Shown here: positions 7,776 to 16,213 of the stretch, one piece after another
Layout of the letters: the number at the start of each line of letters is the position of its first letter
How positions within the stretch are numbered: position 1 is the first letter of the stretch
Assembly: GCA_016865895.1 (NCBI GenBank)
Contig: VGNY01000003.1
Coordinates: 1 to 49,120, forward strand
Direction of reading: 5' to 3'
Length of the DNA stretch: 49,120 nt
DNA from: Chloroflexota bacterium
GTDB lineage: Bacteria > Chloroflexota > Dehalococcoidia > GIF9 > UBA5629
The notes under the pieces: model-generated
What the model was told of the DNA's origin: nothing
The model's input: the letters and a program-made list of their open reading frames with translations, nothing else
Database searches by the model: none
Program-made: the position numbers and the translations under genes

Positions 7776-9497
7776 ATGAAAAACACCGCTATTGCTAAAG
7801 TATTCCAGGATATGGCTGATTTGCTGGAGCTTAAGGGGGAGAACCCGTTTAAGATTCGAGCCTACCAGCGGGCTGCTCGCACCATCGAGCACCTGCCTAA
7901 AGAGATAGAAATAATGCTCGAAGAAGGCGAGGACTTGCAAACTATACCCGGCGTCGGCGAGGCAATAGCCAAGAAAAGCACCGAACTGGTAAGAACCGGG
8001 AAGCTTCGTGTCTACGAAGAGCTTAAGGCTGAGTTCCCTGAAGGCATAACTACACTGCTCGAAATCCCCGGCATCGGACCCAAGACAGCAAAGCGGCTCT
8101 CTACCGAGCTGGGAATTAAGTCCGTGGATGACCTGGAGCAGGCTATTAAAGACGGACGAGTCGCCAGTCTGTTCCGCCTCGGCGATAAGACAGCCGATAA
8201 TATACTGCAGCAAATCCAAGCCCTGCGCCGTAAAGACCAGCGTATACCCATAGGCGAAGCCCTGCCCGTGGTGGACGAGGTCCTAAACGCCCTTCGACCC
8301 ATGCTGGGCGTAAAGAACCTGACCGCTGCTGGCAGCCTGCGCCGCTTCCGAGAGACTGTGGGCGATATAGACCTCATGGGCACCGCCGATAATCCCGAGG
8401 ATGTTATCAATGCCTTCGTCAAACTGCCCCAGGTAAGGGAAGTACTGGCTAAAGGTCCCACTAAAGCCAGCATCATCCTCCCCGGCGGACTTCAAGCTGA
8501 CTTGAGAATGGTGGAGCACAACTCCTTCGGCTCGCTGCTCCAGTATTTCACGGGTAGCAAGCAGCACAACATCGCCCTCAGGACCAGGGAACAGAAAAAG
8601 GGGCTCAAGCTGAGCGAATACGGCATAACTGACACTAAGACCAACAAGCTGGAGAAATTCGCCACTGAAGAAGCCTTCTACCGCCGACTGGGACTTCAGT
8701 ACATTCCACCAGAGCTGAGAGAAGACATGGGGGAAATAGACCTTGCCGAGCAAGGCAAAATCCCCAAGCTGGTGGAACTGCCAGACATAAAGGGAGACAT
8801 CCACGTTCACACCGACTGGAGCGATGGCCATGACTCCATCGAAGCCATGGCTCAGGCAGCCAAAGCCCTCGGTTATCAGTACGTGGCAATCACTGACCAT
8901 TCAGCAGGACGAGGCGTCGCACACGGACTTAATGAGGAACGGCTGCGACAGCAGATGGACGAAATCAAAAGGCTAAACCAGCAGCTCAAAGGATTTCGTA
9001 TCCTCACAGGTACTGAGGTAGACATCCGCGCCGATGGCAGCATAGACCTGCCTGATGGACTTTTAGCTGGCTTAGACATCGTGATTGCTGCTATCCACTC
9101 AGCCATGACTCAAAGCGAAGCGCAGATAACCAGGCGCATCCTCGGCGCTATTGAAAACCCGCATATTGATGTTATTGCCCACCCTACTTGCCGCCTTTTG
9201 GGTGAGCGAGAGCCGGTAGCCGTTGACATGGAAGCTGTTTTCCAAGCTGCCGCCAAATACGATAAGGCCCTGGAAATAAACGCCATGCCCAGCCGGCTCG
9301 ACTTGAAAGATATTCATGTCTACCGGGCTAGGGAGCTGGGAATAAAGCTAATCATGGGCACAGATGCCCACAGCACTGCCCAGCTAGGTTTTATGCGTTA
9401 TGGCATCGGTGTTGCCCGTCGCGGCTGGTGCCAGCCCAAACATATACTCAACACCTGGGCCATAGAGAAAATACTGGCTTTTCTTAAAAGACAATAA
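7776..9497 (+). CDS. polX: DNA polymerase X family with PHP domain (PolX)
   Basis: HhH repeats IPGVG/IPGIG, GSLRR, intact GDID and FTGSKQHN; PHP motifs HVH, TDHS and TDAH. SD GAGGAGG supports ATG 7776. Confidence 0.95.
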   Translation: MKNTAIAKVFQDMADLLELKGENPFKIRAYQRAARTIEHLPKEIEIMLEEGEDLQTIPGVGEAIAKKSTELVRTGKLRVYEELKAEFPEGITTLLEIPGIGPKTAKRLSTELGIKSVDDLEQAIKDGRVASLFRLGDKTADNILQQIQALRRKDQRIPIGEALPVVDEVLNALRPMLGVKNLTAAGSLRRFRETVGDIDLMGTADNPEDVINAFVKLPQVREVLAKGPTKASIILPGGLQADLRMVEHNSFGSLLQYFTGSKQHNIALRTREQKKGLKLSEYGITDTKTNKLEKFATEEAFYRRLGLQYIPPELREDMGEIDLAEQGKIPKLVELPDIKGDIHVHTDWSDGHDSIEAMAQAAKALGYQYVAITDHSAGRGVAHGLNEERLRQQMDEIKRLNQQLKGFRILTGTEVDIRADGSIDLPDGLLAGLDIVIAAIHSAMTQSEAQITRRILGAIENPHIDVIAHPTCRLLGEREPVAVDMEAVFQAAAKYDKALEINAMPSRLDLKDIHVYRARELGIKLIMGTDAHSTAQLGFMRYGIGVARRGWCQPKHILNTWAIEKILAFLKRQ

Positions 9498-9596
9498 TGT
9501 AATGCGACACTTCAAGGCCGCCTTCCTATAGCGAGTGTAGCCTCGACCCTTTAGGGTCGAGTTCACGAGGTTAAAGCCTCGCAGTTAAATTACTAC
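9498..9596. repeat. Two adjacent GTAG-type REP-like palindromes (CGACCCTTTAGGGTCG / CGAGGTTAAAGCCTCG family)
   Basis: 9537-9583 matches 48859-48910. 9498-9531 is a degenerate match to 49074-49106. Confidence 0.8.
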
Positions 9597-9617
9597 CAAA
9601 TTGAGAGAACCTCAAAA

Positions 9618-10319
9618 ATGCCACCAAAAGAGCTCAAAGACATCTCGAATACACAGACCGAAGCTGATGCCAGAGCAATCGAGCACCTTAAACAAGCTGT
9701 AGCTAAGGGCAAGCACTGGTATCTGGCTTTGCTCGAGACTATCGGATTGTGGAAAAGCTCTGAAGAAAATTACCGAGGGCGCCACTACCGCTACTTAATT
9801 GCTGGTGAGGCTTTTGATTGGCTGGTACTGGCTGAGCGCTTGTGTGACGAAATCAGCGAGTCCATACCGGAAAAGGAGAGAATCGACCTCCTTTTCTTTG
9901 ACCGGCCACCACTAGAGCTTACTCGTGAGGAATTCAAGAAGCTTATTGGGCCAGCCAAATATAAGGCTTATCTCAACTACCTTTACGGCATTCTGGCTGA
10001 GGAGGCTCTGATTTCGGCTGTAGTTGATGAGATTCGTAAGGAGCGTCGGGCTCTAGGCTCGAATAGACATGAGGACATTGTGGACAAAGCGTATCATCGG
10101 ATTTATGGTGAAAATCAGCAAACCCTGCTCGACAGCTTCAGAAGAGAAAAGCAGTATCCCAAACGCAAATCCATGACCCTGACTGAATTTAAGGAATTCG
10201 CCTACTGGCTATTCAACTATCGAGTTGAAAGATGTGACAAGTCACGAGTTGCCAGCGATACCAAGAAAGCCCTGACGAAGATACAAAGCGACCTTGCAGC
10301 CAAAAAGCTACACCTCTAA
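9618..10319 (+). CDS. Hypothetical protein
   Basis: 233-aa open frame filling the space after polX; no motif recognised. Confidence 0.75.
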   Translation: MPPKELKDISNTQTEADARAIEHLKQAVAKGKHWYLALLETIGLWKSSEENYRGRHYRYLIAGEAFDWLVLAERLCDEISESIPEKERIDLLFFDRPPLELTREEFKKLIGPAKYKAYLNYLYGILAEEALISAVVDEIRKERRALGSNRHEDIVDKAYHRIYGENQQTLLDSFRREKQYPKRKSMTLTEFKEFAYWLFNYRVERCDKSRVASDTKKALTKIQSDLAAKKLHL

Positions 10320-10344
10320 ACAACACGATTCAATACCCACCCCC

Positions 10345-10401
10345 AAATTCCAAACCCTAAGCATCAAATTTCAAACAATATCAAAATTCTAACAACCAAA
10401 T
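10345..10401 (+). repeat. Heptamer-periodic AT-rich repeat, left arm of an inverted pair
   Basis: AAATTCC AAACCCT AAGCATC AAATTTC AAACAAT; similar to the reverse complement of 10804-10855. Confidence 0.75.
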
Positions 10402-10422
10402 TGTTGCAGCCATTGATTAGCT

Positions 10423-10788
10423 TCAAATCCATTCCAAATCGGTTTTGGTTAGCTCACCACCAGCATCACCAGTATTTGGAGTACCTGCTGGCTCAATAAG
10501 CAATACTTTGCATTCTTGTTTAGCATATGGTTTGTGCTCGACTCCCTTTGGAATAACAACCATATCGCCTGCTTTTAAATGTAAGGGTCTATCCCTTAAA
10601 TCAATCTGAAAATTGCCGTCAATTACAATAAATGCCTCATCCGTTTCAGGGTGTCGGTGCCAGATAAAATCGCCAAAGGACCTAACTAATTTAAAATGAT
10701 AATCATTCATTTGGGCAATAATCTTAGGTGAAAACCGTTCACTGAACTTAGAAAATTTCTCTTCAAAATTTATTACTTTAATTTCCAT
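10423..10788 (-). CDS. Cupin domain protein
   Basis: WHRHPETDEAF and IPKGVEHKP cupin motifs. Confidence 0.92.
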   Translation of the reverse strand: MEIKVINFEEKFSKFSERFSPKIIAQMNDYHFKLVRSFGDFIWHRHPETDEAFIVIDGNFQIDLRDRPLHLKAGDMVVIPKGVEHKPYAKQECKVLLIEPAGTPNTGDAGGELTKTDLEWI

Positions 10789-10803
10789 TGTTTAACCCCT
10801 AAG

Positions 10804-10855
10804 ATTTTTAGTCATTAGAATTTGTTTGATATTTGTGTTTTGGGATTAGGAACTT
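10804..10855 (-). repeat. Heptamer-periodic AT-rich repeat, right arm (inverted)
   Basis: Reverse complement reads AAGTTCC TAATCCC AAAACAC AAATATC AAACAAA TTCTAAT GACTAAA. Confidence 0.75.
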
Positions 10856-10872
10856 CTAGATGTGCGCTACAT

Positions 10873-13590
10873 CTAGCTGAGCTGTGCCAGTTCCTGTTCC
10901 AATCTCAGCAGCTTGTCTTTGTAGCTTTGAAGTTTGCCTCGCTCTTTATCCACAACTGCTGCCGGTGCTTTGGACACAAAAGCAGCGTCTTTCAGCCGTT
11001 GCTCCAGACGCTCAATTTCCCTTCGAAGTATATTGGTTTCATCCTCCAAACGTCGTCTTTCAGCTTTAAGGTCAACCATACCAGCCCAGGGCAAAACCAC
11101 CTCCGCTTCCTTCAGAACCAGCGCCAGTGCTTTTTCCTCTTTCGCTTTTCGCTGTTCGCGACTCAAAACAGCTAGCGGTCGAGCCTTGGCCAGAGTCTCA
11201 ATAACCTCAGACTTCGAAGCTATAGCTGATTGAAGCTTATCAGTATAAATGCGAGCTTCAATCCAACTGGCCACCGCCACTTTGTATTCCGCCCGCGCAT
11301 TGCGTATGGAGCGGATAATTTCAATCACTGATTCCATCACTCGCTCAGCCTCGGGGTCAAAAGCTCTCCCATTGACAACCGGGGATGGTGCAACCATGAT
11401 GGAATCTGAAGCAAGGCTCCCATTGGGCAAACGCTGTTTCAAATTCTGCCACAGCTCTTCAGTGATGAACGGCATAAAAGGGTGGAGAAGGCGAAGTGTC
11501 GTCTCCAGAACAAGAGATAAAACGGGCAGCGGAGAGGAATTTGACTGGGGCAAGCGGATTTTAGCTATCTCAATGTACCAGTCACAAAACTCACCCCAGA
11601 AAAAATCGTGGATTTGCCGCTCAGCTTCACCGAACTGGAAATTGGACATCAACTCAGTTACATTCGACACAAGGCGATTAAGCCGACTCAAAATCCAGCG
11701 GTCTTCTATCGGCTCACCTTGCGCTGCTACCAGCTTCGCCAGTGCCTGCCACAAGTCTACCCCCTTCAATCTTGCCAACACCGCAACCTCAGTTAGTGCC
11801 TGACCCTTTTTCGGTTCGACATCGAGGCTCTGACACACAAATCTGGCAGCGTTCCACAGTTTATTGGCAAAGTTGCGCCCGGCTTCCAACCTATGCTGAC
11901 CGAGATTGATATCGTTTCCCGGAGAAGTACCGGTAGTTACAGCGAAACGAAGGGCATCAGTGCCATATTCCTCTATGGCATCGGTGGGACTTAAAACATT
12001 CCCCCGCACCTTGCTCATCTTCTCACCTTTTTCGTCCCGAATCAGTCCATGCAGATAGACCGTGTGGAAAGGAATATCACCAGTGTCCTCCAGCCCCATC
12101 ATAATCATCCTGGCAACCCAGAAAAATAGTATGTCATACCCTGTTTCCATAACCGAGGTGGGGTAAAAATAAGCTAGGTCGTCGGTAGCTTCAGGCCAGC
12201 CCAAAGTCGAGTGCGTCCACAATGCTGAGCTGAACCAGGTATCGAGCACATCGGGGTCTTGAACGATATCATTAGAGCCACAATGGCTACAGCTTGAAGG
12301 TTCATCAACAGATACTGTCAGCTCGCCACACTTGCGACAATACCACACCGGGATTCGATGCCCCCACCATAACTGCCGACTGATGCACCAATCGCGAATA
12401 TTCTCCATCCAGTTGAGGTAGACCCTGGTAAAGCGCTCCGGTACTATAACAATTCGCCCATCGGTAACCGCTTCTATTGCTGCATCAGCCAACGGCGCTA
12501 CCTTGACAAACCACTGTTTGCTAACCTGAGGTTCAATCATCGTCTGGCAACGGTCGCAGTGCCCCACCGAATGGGAATGTGGCCCAATCTTTTCCAGCAG
12601 CCCAGCCTTCTCAAAGTCGGTTAATACCTGTTGGCGGCAAACAAAACGGTCAAGTCCAGCATAAGGGCCAGCTTCGTCATTCATGGTAGCATCTGGATTC
12701 AATATGTTTACTATCGCCAGGCCCTGTCGTTCTGACATCTCAAAGTCCACCGGGTCATGCCCTGGAGTAATCTTGACCGCGCCGGTGCCAAACGAAGGGT
12801 CAACTGCACTGTCGGTGATTATAGGAATCACCCTGCCGATGACCGGAAGGACAACCTTCTTACCGACTAGCCCTTCAAAACGCTTATCCTCTGGATTCAC
12901 CGCTACCGCAGTATCGCCAAGGTAGGTCTCAGGTCTGGTAGTCGCTACGGTGACATAGCCATCACCGTCGGCGAAAGGATAGCGGAGGTAATACAGATTA
13001 CCTGTTATGTCTTTGTGCTGTACTTCCAAATCAGAGAGAGCAGTCTGGCAGCGAGGACACCAGTTTATAATCCGCTCGCCCCGATAAATGAGCCCCTTGT
13101 TGTATAAGCGGGCGAAGGCAGTTCGCACCGCCCGACATGGTCCATCGTCAAGAGTAAAACGCTCCCGAGTCCAATCACAGGAAGCCCCTAATCTCTGATG
13201 CTGATAGGTAATCGAATGCCGTGCCTTTTTCACCCATTCCCAGACACGCTCAATGAACTTTTCTCTGCCCAACTTATGTCGGTCTAGCCCTTCCTCAGCC
13301 AGTTTCTGCTCCACCACCACCTGAGTAGCAATGCCAGCATGGTCAACCCCAGGCAGCCACAGAGTAGGCTCACCCCTCATCCGATGCCACCTGACCATAA
13401 TGTCCTCCAGCGTAGCCGTCAGTGCATGCCCCAGATGTAGCTCTCCGGTGACATTAGGCGGCGGCATAATGATGACGAACGGTTTCCTCTTGTGGTCTAT
13501 CTTCGGGATGAAATAACCTTGCTCCATCCAGAAGCTGTACCACTTCTGCTCAACTTGACCTGGCTCATAAGCCTTTGGAATTTCAGTCAT
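10873..13590 (-). CDS. valS: Valine--tRNA ligase
   Basis: PPPNVTG/HLGH, DWCISRQLWWGH and KMSK; C-terminal coiled coil ending in KAPAAVV. Confidence 0.98.
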   Translation of the reverse strand: MTEIPKAYEPGQVEQKWYSFWMEQGYFIPKIDHKRKPFVIIMPPPNVTGELHLGHALTATLEDIMVRWHRMRGEPTLWLPGVDHAGIATQVVVEQKLAEEGLDRHKLGREKFIERVWEWVKKARHSITYQHQRLGASCDWTRERFTLDDGPCRAVRTAFARLYNKGLIYRGERIINWCPRCQTALSDLEVQHKDITGNLYYLRYPFADGDGYVTVATTRPETYLGDTAVAVNPEDKRFEGLVGKKVVLPVIGRVIPIITDSAVDPSFGTGAVKITPGHDPVDFEMSERQGLAIVNILNPDATMNDEAGPYAGLDRFVCRQQVLTDFEKAGLLEKIGPHSHSVGHCDRCQTMIEPQVSKQWFVKVAPLADAAIEAVTDGRIVIVPERFTRVYLNWMENIRDWCISRQLWWGHRIPVWYCRKCGELTVSVDEPSSCSHCGSNDIVQDPDVLDTWFSSALWTHSTLGWPEATDDLAYFYPTSVMETGYDILFFWVARMIMMGLEDTGDIPFHTVYLHGLIRDEKGEKMSKVRGNVLSPTDAIEEYGTDALRFAVTTGTSPGNDINLGQHRLEAGRNFANKLWNAARFVCQSLDVEPKKGQALTEVAVLARLKGVDLWQALAKLVAAQGEPIEDRWILSRLNRLVSNVTELMSNFQFGEAERQIHDFFWGEFCDWYIEIAKIRLPQSNSSPLPVLSLVLETTLRLLHPFMPFITEELWQNLKQRLPNGSLASDSIMVAPSPVVNGRAFDPEAERVMESVIEIIRSIRNARAEYKVAVASWIEARIYTDKLQSAIASKSEVIETLAKARPLAVLSREQRKAKEEKALALVLKEAEVVLPWAGMVDLKAERRRLEDETNILRREIERLEQRLKDAAFVSKAPAAVVDKERGKLQSYKDKLLRLEQELAQLS

Positions 13591-13621
13591 ATCTCAAACC
13601 CCAGCTATAAAGCTTTTTAAA

Positions 13622-13644
13622 TGCAATACGACCCTTTGGGTCGT
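13622..13644. repeat. Degenerate REP-like hairpin ACGACCCTTTGGGTCGT
   Basis: Same core as the 9537 and 49074 elements. Confidence 0.55.
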
Positions 13645-13695
13645 CTGTCCACAGCTGCTTGTATCTTTACCAACTAACTCGTCGATCAACTATAA

Positions 13696-13752
13696 GTAGG
13701 GACAGACCTTCAGGTCTGTCCATTTCGGACAGGTCTAAAGACCTGTCCCTAC
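13696..13752. repeat. REP doublet GTAGGGACAGACCTTCAGGTCTGTCC-N5-GGACAGGTCTAAAGACCTGTCCCTAC
   Basis: Two inverted hairpins with GTAG/CTAC ends; overlaps the hicB 3' end. Confidence 0.85.
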
Positions 13753-13923
13753 ATTTTCTGCAAGGTCTCTATTAGCTTCAATAATCAATTGTGTAGCTTC
13801 CTTCAGGTTTTCTCTTACTTCCTTCAAAGTCCGTCCCTGAGTATTTACCCCTGGAAGCTCCTCCACATAGCCAATATACCAGTCTCCCCTTTTCTCAATA
13901 ACTCCGGTAAACTCTCGTGACAT
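13735..13923 (-). CDS. hicB: HicB-family antitoxin, orphan; C-terminus supplied by the REP doublet
   Basis: WYIGYVEELPGVNTQGRTLKEVRENL motif; GGAG SD. The last codons and stop lie inside the repeat. Confidence 0.8.
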   Translation of the reverse strand: MSREFTGVIEKRGDWYIGYVEELPGVNTQGRTLKEVRENLKEATQLIIEANRDLAENVGTGL

Positions 13924-13932
13924 TTCTTCTCC

Positions 13933-15420
13933 CTACGCTTTCCTGAGGCGATACTTCTTCAGTGGTTCAACAACCTCAAAGATAACTCCGTCACCAGACT
14001 TAAGCTCAGGATGCGCTTCGTACCACTTACCTAAACCTTTGCGCAGTTCAAGAGCACGATGGGTGCCACTCTTACAGAGACCCGCAGTAGTTTCAATTTC
14101 GCCTATGTCGGTTAACAGTGTTAATGACCTCTTGAACTCAGGAAATAGCCCCCTCTCAGCTACTGGAATGTGAATAAAATGACTATTTATATACGAAGGT
14201 TTCAATATGATCTCGAATCTCTTGCTCGCCTTGTCCAATAGCTCCACAACCCTATCCAGAATCCTATCCGCCACCTGCCTTTTGGGCAAAAGAGGTAACT
14301 CCTCAACTTTACCTTTACGGTCTATTATCACCACCTGGTTGGTATCAGCACCTATGCCACTACCCTTGGCAGTAATGTCGTTGGCAACGATAAGGTCAAG
14401 CTGCTTCCTCTGTAGCTTCTCTTTGGCATTTGCTACCATGTTCTCACTTTCCGCAGCAAAGCCAATACGGAGGAATTTCCCCTTCACCTCTCCAAGAATA
14501 TCAGGCGTCCTCTCCAGTTCCAGCGTCAGGCTAGCAACCTGTTGTCGCTTAATCTTGCTCTCAGCGACCTTTTTGGTTCGGTAGTCAGCTACTGCCGCTG
14601 CCATAATCAAGGCATCGGCCTTATCTACAGCCTTTTTCACCGCTTCGTACATTTCCTGGGCAGTGCCAACATTAACCACATCTACACAAACCGGCTTAGG
14701 GAGAGCACTGGGCGCACTTACCAACACCACCTGGGCACCCCTATCTCTAGCTGCCTCTGCCAGAGCATAACCCATCTTACCCGAGGAGCGATTAGTCAAG
14801 CATCGGACTGGGTCAACAGGTTCTTGAGTACCGCCAGCAGTTACCACTATCTTTTTACCAACTAAATCACCACTTCTGCCCAACACCTGGCATATAGTAC
14901 CCAAAATCTCACCTACGTCAACCAGACGTCCCAGTCCCGTTCCGCCTGAGGCAAGTCGACCGTAAGCCGGGCCAACGATAGTAAAACCGCGCGCCTGCAG
15001 CTTAGCCAGATTATCCTGAGTTATCTGGTTTTCATACATAGCCGCATGCATCGCCGGTGCTATGACAATCGGTGCCTTGGTCGCCAGCACCGTACAGCAC
15101 AACATATCATCAGCAATTCCAGCAGCTAACCTGGCTATCGTGTTGGCCGTAGCTGGAGCTATAACCACCACATCAGCAGCTTCAGCCAAAGCCACGTGTT
15201 CCACACTGAACTCGGAATTTAACTCAAACATCTTGGTAACTACAGGCCTGCCGGTGATGTTACGGAAGGTGAGCGGGGTTATGAATTCAGTGGCTGCTTC
15301 AGTCATAATGACCTCAACCTTAGCTCCCGCTTGTGTTAACTGGCTGGCCAAGTCAGCAGCTTTATAAACGGCAATACTGCCTGTTACCCCGAAAACTACA
15401 GTCTTTCCTTCTAACCCCAT
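13933..15420 (-). CDS. coaBC: Bifunctional phosphopantothenoylcysteine decarboxylase/ligase with a ~100-aa C-terminal extension
   Basis: GVTGSIAVYK, APATAN, TAGGTQE, NRSSGKMG, AAVADY, GFAAE and ANDI motifs. Confidence 0.96.
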   Translation of the reverse strand: MGLEGKTVVFGVTGSIAVYKAADLASQLTQAGAKVEVIMTEAATEFITPLTFRNITGRPVVTKMFELNSEFSVEHVALAEAADVVVIAPATANTIARLAAGIADDMLCCTVLATKAPIVIAPAMHAAMYENQITQDNLAKLQARGFTIVGPAYGRLASGGTGLGRLVDVGEILGTICQVLGRSGDLVGKKIVVTAGGTQEPVDPVRCLTNRSSGKMGYALAEAARDRGAQVVLVSAPSALPKPVCVDVVNVGTAQEMYEAVKKAVDKADALIMAAAVADYRTKKVAESKIKRQQVASLTLELERTPDILGEVKGKFLRIGFAAESENMVANAKEKLQRKQLDLIVANDITAKGSGIGADTNQVVIIDRKGKVEELPLLPKRQVADRILDRVVELLDKASKRFEIILKPSYINSHFIHIPVAERGLFPEFKRSLTLLTDIGEIETTAGLCKSGTHRALELRKGLGKWYEAHPELKSGDGVIFEVVEPLKKYRLRKA

Positions 15421-15424
15421 TTCC

Positions 15425-16198
15425 TTAGTCCTTAGCCTTGTTCATTTCGTAAATCAAACGCAAGCCCTCAAGCGTCAAGTCGAGGTTTACCACCTCGATT
15501 ACCGGTGTTTCCCGGGCCAGGAGTTCAGCATAGCCCCCAGTGGCCACTACTTTCACCTCACCTCCGAGTTCCTGTTTAATCCGCCCCACTATGCCTTCAA
15601 TCAACCCAGCATAACCGAAAACTATACCGGACTGCATAGCGGCCACAGTACTTCTGCCGATAGCCCGTTTGGGGTGAGTCAATTCCACTCGAGGCAGTAC
15701 TGCAGTGCGGGCAAACAAAGCTTCAGTGGCAATAGCAATCCCTGGAGCAATAGCCCCGCCAAGGTAATCACCTTCTTTGGATACAGCATCAAAAGTGGTG
15801 GCAGTACCCAGGTCAATGACAATCACCGGACCACCGTACAGATGATGAGCCGCTACAGCGTTCACTATTCGGTCAGCGCCAACCTCCCTCGGGTTATCCA
15901 TACTGATTCGCACTCCTGTTTTCACACCTGATTCTACCACTAAAAGCAAAACTTTCAGATAGCGTCGGCAGGTTTCCTCAAAAACGCTTACCAGCGGAGG
16001 AACAACACTGCACAATATCGCATCTGTAATCTGGGAAGCAGCAATACCCTGGCGCTCGAAAAGATTGAGCATCAAGCTGGCATACTCATCCGGCATACGA
16101 TGAACCCCGGTAGCTATCCGCCAGGTAGCCTTCAACTTGCTATCATCAAAGACGCCGATAGTGATATTAGTATTGCCGACATCAACTGTTAATAACAT
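15425..16198 (-). CDS. coaX: Type III pantothenate kinase
   Basis: DVGNTN, GADRI, DLGTATT and GGAIAPG motifs. Confidence 0.96.
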   Translation of the reverse strand: MLLTVDVGNTNITIGVFDDSKLKATWRIATGVHRMPDEYASLMLNLFERQGIAASQITDAILCSVVPPLVSVFEETCRRYLKVLLLVVESGVKTGVRISMDNPREVGADRIVNAVAAHHLYGGPVIVIDLGTATTFDAVSKEGDYLGGAIAPGIAIATEALFARTAVLPRVELTHPKRAIGRSTVAAMQSGIVFGYAGLIEGIVGRIKQELGGEVKVVATGGYAELLARETPVIEVVNLDLTLEGLRLIYEMNKAKD

Positions 16199-16213
16199 AA
16201 CACCCCATCAAAA

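Noticed and set aside
10345-10401. CRISPR array or tRNA among the repeats
   Set aside because: There is no repeat-spacer periodicity, no cas genes and no cloverleaf consensus anywhere in the window.
13591-13734. T-box leader upstream of valS
   Set aside because: No T-box consensus is present; the hairpins belong to REP-like families.
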